Shown here: piece by piece, positions 36,301 to 44,488 of the stretch | Position numbering within the stretch: the stretch's first letter is position 1 | How the letters are laid out: every line of letters begins with the position of its first letter | Assembly (NCBI GenBank): GCA_032718475.1 | Contig: JAUCBJ010000119.1 | Coordinates: 1-44,488 of the forward strand | Reading direction: 5' to 3' | From: Nemertoderma westbladi | Taxonomy: Eukaryota > Animalia > Xenacoelomorpha | DNA: 44,488 nucleotides | Notes under the pieces: generated by a model | The model's database searches: none | Told to the model about the DNA's origin: nothing | What the model saw: the letters and a program-made list of their open reading frames with translations, nothing else | Made by a program: the position numbers and the translations under genes

Positions 36301-38380
36301 TCTCCGATGCGTCATTAGAGGCATACGGAGCAGCACTCTATTTAGTACAACGAGAGGGTGCTCATAAACCCAGACTCGCCTTCAGCAAGGCGAAGTCAAC
36401 ACCACCAGATTCGGCATCGGTTCCCAAACTAGAATTGACAGCTGCGAGACTAGGAGTTAGGGCCACGACCTACCTAATGGATACAATACCAAACATAGTG
36501 GAGACACACTACTGGACGGATTCCATGGTAGTGCTTGGCTGGCTACATAATGAGAAAACGCGGTACCCAATATTCGTCGCAAATAGAGTGGACGAAATAA
36601 GGGCGACCACAGAACTGGAAAGGTGGCACTACTGCCCAACGGACGAGAACCCAGCGGACTTGTTGTCGAGGGGCGTGGTACGCCACACTTTCTTGAAGAA
36701 GGAAGTATTGTGGCAACATGGGCCACAATTCCTGAGCGATAAGGAGGCCTGGCCACCGATGAGAAAGGTGGACCCGGGCTTAGAAGTAGTGTCAGAGGGA
36801 GAAGAGGGAGATTCAGAGGGAGAAGAGATATACTCCCAGATGGTGAGGGAGATTAGGGACGTGCAACCAAAACAAGAACTATGCGATAACCCGACGGATA
36901 AACTCCTCAGCTACAGCTCTAGTTGGTATAAGACCAAGAAATTAGTGGCGTACTGGAGAGCCTTCGGGAATTTCCTCTCGGGAGTTGGTAAAGGCAAGAA
37001 GATCAGGACAACCATAGATCTGGAAGGAGCAGCCAAAGCAGTCATCCGCTATGAACAACGGAAGAACTACGGCGACGAGGTGGAACCCGTCGGTAAGCAA
37101 CAACATCTTCGACGGGACAGCGAGCTGATCATGCTGTCACCACAACTTAATGATGACGGGATTCTAGTAATGAACTCTAGGGTGGGTTACAACAACAGCA
37201 TCGTCGTACCACCGAAGCCCATCATCATCCCTACAGGATCGCCAATAGTCAACCAGATTATCTGGGACTCCCACAAGTCGATATTGCATGGGGGCACCAA
37301 CCGAACCCTCACGGAGATAAGGAGGACCTATTGGGTCAAACAGCTGAGGAAGAAGGTAAAATCGGTAGTGGGGCAGTGCCAGACCTGCCGACGAGCAAAG
37401 AAGGAGCGAGCCATACAGGAGATGGCGCCACTACCGGCGAGTAGGGTAAGACAGCACGACCCGCCATTTACGCATTGCGGTGTGGACATGTTCGGGCCGA
37501 TAAAGATCAAAGTGATGCGACACACGGAGAAACGCTATGGCATTATCTTCGAATGCAACAACACACGGGCAGTAGGGATAGAACTCGCCCAAGATGCAAC
37601 CGCATCAGCATTCATTAATGCTTTAGAAAGGTTTAGAGACCGCAAAGGTGGGACGATCGCAGTGATATACAGCGACAACGGCACCAATTTTGTGGGGGCA
37701 GAGAACGAGATGGCAGAGGCCTTGGATATCCTGGAAGGAGAAGAAGTCAGGGCAGCCATGAGGCGACGACAAGTAAAGTGGGAGAGAAGCACGCCGTATG
37801 CACCACATACACTAGGATGCGTCGAGAGACTGGTGGGCAGTTCGAAGCGTCTCATGACGAAATTAATGAACACCCATATGGTCACAGAGGACGTCTTGAG
37901 AACAGTATTAGCGAAGTGTGAGGGTATCATTAATAGCAGACCGCTATATCCGGAGAATGATGACCCTGAGTCACTAGACGTGCTGACGCCTAGCCATTTT
38001 CTAATGGAAAGGCCAGCGACCATCGATATGCGGGGTGTAGATCCAGACGACATACACTCCCGCCAAAGTTGGAAAGTCGTTAAGCAATAAGTGCAGAGTA
38101 TTGGAGGAGGTGGGTAGAAGAATACCTACCCACGCTCCATAAAAGAAGCAAGTGGAGGAAGCCGAATAGGGAGTTAAGAGTAGGAGATCTCGTAATCGTT
38201 ACGGATGATACTATCATCAACAACCAGTGGTGGTTGGCGAGAGTTGTAGGCACTTACTCCGATGAGGACGGAAGAGTCCGATCGGTAGAAGTGCGGATAG
38301 GTGGTAAGATAGGTGCGAAGGACAGAAAAACCTACAGGAGAGCTGTAGGGAAATGCTGTCTGTTAGAAGGAGCACCTTAG
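30351..38380 (+). pseudogene. BEL/Pao gag-pol polyprotein, disrupted by about 8 stops/frameshifts
   Basis: ATG 30351 is in frame with ORF 30567 across TAG 30504. Gag AWRALDREYGHP; protease LVDSGA; RT PRMVVDAS, CLNDYLLEGP, CDIEGMFNQV, FYVDDG; RNase H YDPLGLASP, FSDAS, PKLELTAA, WTDS, NPADLLSRG; integrase H..HGG..CQTC, GVDMFGP, SDNGTNFVGA, VERLV; C-terminal YWRRWVEEYLPTL...DGRVRSVEVR; stop at 38378-38380. Confidence 0.95.
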
Positions 38381-38534
38381 TGGAGTTAGAGAAGAGTTTA
38401 GTCGTCCAAGTTTTGGACTGAGGGGGGTGGGATTGAGGGCGAGACGCCCTTCCCCACACATAAAAAATAGAAAATAAAAATAAAATAATAGTACACAGTA
38501 GGTACGCAGTTAGTAGGCAGAAGTTAGTCAGTAA

Positions 38535-39370
38535 GAAGGTACGTAGTACCTAGAGTTAGTTAGTTAGTTAGGAGGTACGTAGTACCGTTAGTTAGGAGAG
38601 AGTTAGAGGATACGTAGTACCGCTAGTTAGGAGAGAGTTAGAGGGTACGTAGTACTGTTAGTTAGAGAGTTAGAGGGTACGTAGTACCGCTAGTTAGGAG
38701 AGAGTTAGAGGGTACGTAGTACCGTTAGTTAGAGAGTTAGAGGGTACGTAGTACCACTAGTTAGGAGAGAGTTAGAGGGTACGTAGTACCGTTATTTAGA
38801 GAGTTAGAGGGTACGTAGTACCGTTAGTTAGAGAGTTAGAGGGTACGTAGTACCGTTAGTTAGAGAGTTAGAGGGTACGTAGTACCGTTAGTTAGAGAGT
38901 TAGAGGGTACGTAGTACCGTTAGTTAGAGAGTTAGAGGGTACGTAGTACCGTTAGTTAGAGAGTTAGAGGGTACGTAGTACCGTTAGTTAGAGAGTTAGA
39001 GGGTACGTAGTACCGTTAGTTAGAGAGTTAGAGGGTACGTAGTACCGTTAGTTAGAGAGTTAGAGGGTACGTAGTACCGTTAGTTAGAGAGTTAGAGGGT
39101 ATGTAGTACCGTTAGTTAGTCAGTTAGAGGGTATGTAGTACCGTTAGTTAGAGAGTTAGAGGGTACGTAGTACCGTTAGTTAGAGAGTTAGAGGGTACAT
39201 AGTACCGTTAGTTAGAGAGCAGTAAGAGGGTACGTAGTACCGTTAGTTAGAGAAGAGTTAGAGGGTACGTAGTACCGTTAGTTAGAGAGAGAGTAAGAGT
39301 CAGAGGGTACGTAGTACCATTAGTTAGTTAAAGAGAGTAAGAGTTAGTTAGAGAGTACGTAGTACTAGTT
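38535..39370 (+). repeat. 32-bp tandem array, about 25 copies, inside the LTR element
   Basis: Unit gagggtacgtagtaccgttagttagagagtta (32-nt period: 38839, 38871, 38903); each unit has a GGTAC-gta-GTACC mini-hairpin. Confidence 0.97.
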
Positions 39371-39749
39371 AGTAAGAGATAGAGATAGAGGTAGAAGGGT
39401 ATATATGGTATAGATATCAGTTAGTAATTAGTAGCGAGAGGGGGGCATATGAGTACAGCTGGATAAATTGTGTGGCCACACGACGCATACAGTTGTACTG
39501 CACAGGCCCACAGAGTAGGCCAGAATGTGGATTAGGAGATAGAATAATCCATAGGCAGTAGCAAGTAATAGGAAACAGTAAGGTAGTAGGATTAAAATCA
39601 GATCAAAATAAATAGGATAAATAGGGCTAAGAAGGGGAACAAATTATGGTAACAGTAATAAGAAAATATAGGCTATTTAACTCAGAAATTCAGAAAGAGA
39701 TAGGCCATCGAACTGAACTTAAACCACCTAAACCCATCACTCATCACGT

Positions 39750-41213
39750 TTGCGCCTTGGCAAGGCACCACCTACTGGTGAGCGATCGGGCAGAGTTCGA
39801 GATGGCAGGCAAACTAGATGGGAGAGGAGAGAAGCAGAAGAGAGGGAGGAGGAAGCTAGGGCGCAGAGCTACGGCTTTGAGGAACAGACGACCTTAGACG
39901 AACTTCGTTGGGCTTCGTCAGGGAGTTCGGGGGAGTCTCTAGGGAAAGAACTGGGGTGGACGGTGGGATCACCGAAACAGTCGACGTCGGGATTGCAAGC
40001 GATGCCCATACCAGCGGGCGCCGAGGGCGATCAACCGCAAAGGAGGCTAGGGGAGCTCGAGGAATGGAGAGTTACGGGCAAGAACCAAGGCGGGAAGGGA
40101 CATAGTGGGTCCACCAGGATACCGGGGTTGGGAACACTGCGAGAGGAGGACGAGGACGACGACGAGTTCGGAGAGATGCCGCCCATCGAGAGGATAGGCC
40201 ACTCGGACACGGACTGGGTTGGCGGGAGGGTGGTGACGGCCAGTGGGGCGAGAGCCTTCTGGGACAAACCCGGCAAGCGGGCCTGGGTGCACGAGGAGCC
40301 GGCGATGGATTTCGCGGGGAGCACTATCAGGTTGGGCGAGCAACCGGGGACGGCACCACGGGTAGTATTCGGAGAGACAATGCCCGGGAGGGGCAAGGAG
40401 ATCGACGTAGACAGGGACGCTAACGTCCAGAAGTTCGCCTATCAGCGACTCCACAGACCGCGGAGATCGCTTGGGACGAAAGACGACGTGGGGCGGGAGA
40501 CATTGGTACTCGGTTGCGACTACTGTGGGAGACAGACCCACCAGGAAAGGAGCTGTTTGTACCGGTTCCAGAAAGGGACCAGCTGTCTCTACTGCCACGA
40601 GACGAGCCACAGGATGAGAGCGTGTCCACGGTTGCATAACCGATGTCCGGAGTGCAACTTTCGGGGACACTACGGACACCAGTGCGACTGGATGGACGAT
40701 GAGGAGAAGTTTAGGATCTTCGAAGAATGGGCCGACGTCGGGGCCATGCCACGGCAGCGCATGAAGGCCCAGGAGTTTAAGTGGGGTTTCTTCCTGATGA
40801 ACCAGGAGGCTCACTTGGAGATCATAGGGAGGAGGTTGCCGTTTGCCTGTCAGGGGGTGGCGGCGGCGGCGTCGTATGCCGGGGTAATGAATACGCAAAG
40901 GTATTTGGACAGGTGGACGCCACAGAATCGAGGGGAGTTTAGGGATTTCTTGGCGGAGCACGTGCCGCGAGCAATGAAGATGATCTTATGGGACGCCACC
41001 AGGGGGAGACAACAAGGCCACTCGGAGGGGCCACCGGCGAAGCGATATCGGGCACTAATAACACCAGCGCCCAAGGAGCCAACAACCGGAATCAGTAGGG
41101 AGGTGGCGGCGAAAGTCCGAAGGCAGAAAGCGGATCCCAGAGGAGCGGTAGTGACCAAGAAACGACCCAGGGAGGAGGACGCCAGAGGGAACTATCCCCA
41201 GAGGGACAAATAG
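39750..41213 (+). CDS. Accessory ORF of the BEL/Pao element: triple CCHC zinc-knuckle protein (start uncertain)
   Basis: Frame open from 39732; CDYCGRQTHQERSC, CLYCHETSHRMRAC and CPECNFRGHYGHQC at 40515-40685 (all CX2CX4HX4C); basic C-terminal PPAKRYR/KKRPR; no signal peptide or TM segment; first in-frame ATG near 40002. Confidence 0.8.
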   Translation: MRLGKAPPTGERSGRVRDGRQTRWERREAEEREEEARAQSYGFEEQTTLDELRWASSGSSGESLGKELGWTVGSPKQSTSGLQAMPIPAGAEGDQPQRRLGELEEWRVTGKNQGGKGHSGSTRIPGLGTLREEDEDDDEFGEMPPIERIGHSDTDWVGGRVVTASGARAFWDKPGKRAWVHEEPAMDFAGSTIRLGEQPGTAPRVVFGETMPGRGKEIDVDRDANVQKFAYQRLHRPRRSLGTKDDVGRETLVLGCDYCGRQTHQERSCLYRFQKGTSCLYCHETSHRMRACPRLHNRCPECNFRGHYGHQCDWMDDEEKFRIFEEWADVGAMPRQRMKAQEFKWGFFLMNQEAHLEIIGRRLPFACQGVAAAASYAGVMNTQRYLDRWTPQNRGEFRDFLAEHVPRAMKMILWDATRGRQQGHSEGPPAKRYRALITPAPKEPTTGISREVAAKVRRQKADPRGAVVTKKRPREEDARGNYPQRDK

Positions 41214-41927
41214 GTTCCCAGGGCCGGGGGGAGAGAAACTGAGACTTGGACGTGGTACGCCTGGAAGGCGCCGCGTGGGACGTACGAACTATCAAGTACA
41301 AATTAAAATGATGCAAGCAATAAATAAGTGCAATTTGTATGTACGTACGTAGTAATCAGTAGTTTAGTCATAAATATACATTCGAAATAAGTACTATAGT
41401 CATACAACCTTTCTCAATTAGCTACTGGGACTGGGGGGCTAACTGACTATGGCACTAGGGACAAGACGCCAGACGATTTCACACTTCTTGAGTGCGACGG
41501 CACGGGAGGGGGGGTGAGACTCGTCAGAAGGGGTAAGGTAGTTAAAGAGATTAGAGAGTAATAGTGTGGAGTGCGGAGAGAGTGCGGATGCAATTTCAGT
41601 GTGGGGGGGGGGGGGGGAGGAATAAGAGGTTGAGTGAGGGACAGGAAAGTCCGAGAGTTAGAGCGGGAGAGAGGAGAGTCTGTATGAGAGAAGAGTAGAG
41701 TCAGGGCGAAAGTGTTGGGGAAACAAAAGTCGTGTGAGAGGTGAGCGCGATCGGCCCGACATGGGACGCCAGGCGTACAGGGTAGCGTTATCATACCCAT
41801 AGGGAGCGGCCCGGAAAGCCGACTCCGAGAGAAAAGAATTCCACCCCACACCCGATGCTAGATCGGGATCCAGCGGGATTGTAGCGCACTTTAGGTGGAT
41901 GCTATCTTCTCGCCGGGAAGATAGCAT

Positions 41928-41936
41928 GGGGGGGAG
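41928..41936 (+). promoter_or_regulatory. Polypurine tract
   Basis: gggggggag immediately before the 3' LTR TG. Confidence 0.85.
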
Positions 41937-42476
41937 TGTTAGCTTATTCAATCCCGCTAACCCAAACCCATGGGGTGGGCCGTTGGTCAATATTGGGGGC
42001 CACGAAATTGGGTAATCAATCACTCGTGTCACCCCAACAAAATGGGAAGGAGAAACACACAATGAGGGTCAGGGGCCAAACCCCTAACAGAGAGAGAATA
42101 GGTGGAGTGAACGGGAACACTCCAAAGGGCGCCAACAAGGGTATCAACCAATCAGAAGGGGGAAAGGCATCGGCTAGGTAGAGTAACAAGGCCAACCCGT
42201 GCAAAATAACCAGTTGGCAGTAAACATTTCATTCAGTTATCTCAGTGTTAGTTATTGGTGTTACAGTAGTAATAGTTTAGCTAGGGAAGTACCGGGACTT
42301 CAATTACCGTATCCCGCCTTCCATGTACAACAACATTATTATTATATCATATCTATATCTATATACCCAAGTATTATACACATCGAACAACCGAAACTCT
42401 TTTACTCTTCACACACGGCGGGGACGCGTGAACTGACAAACCGGATAAACCGGGATCCTATCTGGATCCCGTCACA
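41937..42476 (+). repeat. 3' LTR
   Basis: 540-bp copy of 29743-30282 followed by TSD taaat. Confidence 0.97.
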
Positions 42477-42802
42477 TAAATATTTGTTCATCTTTTCGCT
42501 TCGGACTAACACAGAAACAGAATTAAGATTTAGATTTTTCGGCTTTGTTGTCTTATAGACGGTCTTCTTATAGCCAGCTTGCTGGCTTTCTAATACGAAA
42601 TACTTTAAAACCATAAAAAATAACAAAATAAATTCAAATTAAAATTAAATGTTTCATATTAAATTTTTTACACATTGCGTTTCCTACCCGCGATAAGTGG
42701 TTTTACTTATTAGAATAAAAATTAAATTTATAATTAAATGTAAAAGTTAGTTTCAAACGCAACTCTATTTCCCCAATTTTCCCCCAGTCCTAGTCTCGGT
42801 AC

Positions 42803-43501
42803 CGTGACCCCGAAGGGCGACAAGAACCAGTACGGCTTGGCAAGGCGTCTGTCAGCCCGTCGAGAGCCCCAATGGTTGGGGGTCTGTCGTCGGTTCCCGT
42901 CACAAATCCCTGACACAAGCAGCAGACTTTCCGATGTCCTTTTCAGGCTCGTAATAACTGCTGTTGGCCAGGGACCGCTAAGGGCAGTCCTTGTCCTCCG
43001 TTAGTCGTTCGACCCGTTCGCGTGTCCGTCCCACCCTTCCCGAACCCCGAAGGGATTGGTCAGGAACCAGTACGGCTTGGCTAGGGGTCTGTCGTCGGTT
43101 CCCGTCGCAAATCCCTGACACAAGCAGCAGACTTTCCGATGTCCTTTTCAGGCTCGTAATAACTGCTGTTGGCCAGGGACCGCTAAGGGCACTCCTTGTC
43201 CTTTAGACCTAGCGAGTTACCAAATCCACCTCTACAGGCAGCAGGAAGTTGGCTAGGCCTAATAGTAATCAGGCAAACCTGAATACTGCTTAACTTTTCC
43301 TCCCACCCCTGGCCCTTAAATACATGAAATGAGTCCAGTACCCCGTAAGTCGCCCCAATATTCGCCCATAAATCGCCCCCAGTCCATTGAATGTGCCCAA
43401 ATCCCATGTTCCCGCACCCAGTAGTGATATCGGAATATTCATTTTAAATAAATCCACAAAATATTCAACTCGCGTTAGGAAAAGTTGAAATACCGCGAAC
43501 A
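42803..43501 (-). mobile_element. GC-rich LTR-like segment with an internal duplication of about 110 bp (family unknown)
   Basis: 42878-42987 is near-identical to 43084-43190; the minus strand starts TG exactly at the RTE junction and contains TATTTAAG; no TSD found. Confidence 0.35.
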
Positions 43502-43953
43502 GCATGGGCAGCCTTGAATAGGCTTTCCAGAATTTGGAAGTCACCGAGAATTAATCGGAAACTCAAGGTCCGGTTATTTAGAGCAGCAGTAGTTCCAGTA
43601 CTCCTCTATGGGAGTCCATGCTGGGCTCTAACTGCTGAGGACACCAAATCTCTGGATGGCACATTCACAAGAATGCTACACCGGGTTCATTGTGTCAAGT
43701 TCAATGCACACATCTCCAACCAGACACTATATAACATTGGAGGTGTCTCATTGGTTCCCCCAAGCTTGACACTAGAACAAAATCACCTCCGCTTTGCAGG
43801 ACATTGCTTTCGCCGTGAGGACCAGCCAGTGCATAATCTTGTACTTTGGCAGCCTCATGGAGTGAATAAGCATGGTGGACAGCCCATGACTTTCTTGAGA
43901 CGCATCTTAAAGGACACTGGCCTTGAAGAGGCGGATGATCTAGCAAATATCAT
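43502..43953 (+). mobile_element. Internal fragment of the same RTE family as 23236-25276
   Basis: Near-identical to about 24747-25177; retains VVPVLLYGSPCW, which is partly deleted in the first copy; no tail or TSD. Confidence 0.92.
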
Positions 43954-43954
43954 G

Positions 43955-44404
43955 AAGGTGCATAGACATCAGAATACCATAGACAATGTTCCGAGGAATT
44001 ACAATCAGCTCATTAACAGGGTGAAAGGCAGTTTGCTTACGAACAACTAGTAGTCCATCGGGGGCTATAGTGCAAACTTGTAAGTACCGTTTTATGTCAG
44101 GTATATCTGTAACTTTTTTTAAAGCTCTCTTACCTTGGAAAAGGTGAGCTTTAGAAGGTCTTAAACTGTCAGACTTAGAACTTATCAGACACAGTATCAC
44201 TGAGAGAAGTGCTGCGAACGACAACACTATCTTGAATATCACCAACAAAGGAACAAACATGGCACTTGGAGTCTATGCATGTTGCAGAATTTCTACTAGC
44301 AAAATCACTAGGGATATTTGCTGAGCCAGCTAAATGGAGGAGACCAATATGATATTGAGAGAGAACTGACAGGAAAGTTGAAACCCAGGGACTTGAGGAA
44401 AATT
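43955..44404 (-). mobile_element. Gypsy-type pol fragment (RNase H end to integrase zinc-finger start)
   Basis: Minus strand QFSSSPWVSTFLSVLSQYHIGLLHLAGSANIPSDFASRN, then AHLFQGKRALKKVTDIPDIKRYLQVCTIAPDGLLVV...IVIPRNIVYGILMSMH. Confidence 0.75.
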
Positions 44405-44456
44405 GTAAAAGCCTTTGCTGAATTGCCCCGTTATTTTTATTATCTTTTACATTAAA
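44402..44456. repeat. Right copy of the 55-bp inverted repeat shared with 1-55
   Basis: Exact reverse complement of 1-55. Confidence 0.95.
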
Positions 44457-44488
44457 ATACTCTGTAGTTGATTTAATAAGTGTAAGAG

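Larger units (their letters stand above)
29743..42476 (+). mobile_element. Full-length BEL/Pao LTR retrotransposon (12.7 kb)
   Basis: Two 540-bp TG...CA LTRs, TSD taaat (29738-29742, 42477-42481), gag-PR-RT-RH-IN order with Pao-specific motifs, PPT before the 3' LTR. Confidence 0.97.

Noticed and set aside
38535-39370. CRISPR-like array
   Set aside because: Units are head-to-tail with no unique spacers, the context is eukaryotic and no cas genes are present.
30316-41158. Many minus-strand ORFs over the LTR element
   Set aside because: Antisense shadows of purine-rich coding sequence; no recognisable motifs.
39750-41213. env gene
   Set aside because: No signal peptide, transmembrane helix or glycoprotein-like Cys pattern; nearly all the Cys residues are in CCHC knuckles.
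42878-43190. Hammerhead motif in the duplicated segment (minus-strand ctgaaaaggacatcggaaagtc)
   Set aside because: Stem II and stem I pairing do not fit the hammerhead topology.

Overview
AT-rich, repeat-dense eukaryotic (most likely invertebrate animal) genomic DNA; all calls are by-eye motif recognition, with no database searches. Host genes: (i) an intronless TEX36/HDNR-family gene at 1537-2207 (+) split by one frameshift; (ii) a convergent four-exon secreted fibrinogen-related (FReD) gene on the minus strand (coding exons 10387-10443, 5998-6027, 3972-4097, 2713-3402) with a TATA+Inr promoter. The rest is nested mobile DNA: hAT-, piggyBac-, Kolobok- and Academ/Harbinger-like non-autonomous elements, a foldback MITE with tRNA-derived arms, a decayed CR1 LINE, two RTE LINE copies, a Gypsy pol fragment, Penelope-type hammerhead motifs and several satellites. 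The dominant feature is a full-length 12.7-kb BEL/Pao LTR retrotransposon (29743-42476; 540-bp LTRs about 99% identical; TAAAT target-site duplication) with three unusual traits: no tRNA-type primer-binding site but complementarity to its own predicted 5' end (possible Tf1-like self-priming); a long low-complexity, Asn-rich Gag N-terminus; and a 3.5-kb module between pol and the 3' LTR made of about 25 copies of a 32-bp hairpin repeat followed by a 487-codon non-env ORF with three CCHC zinc knuckles. The two ends of the window also share a perfect 55-bp inverted repeat.
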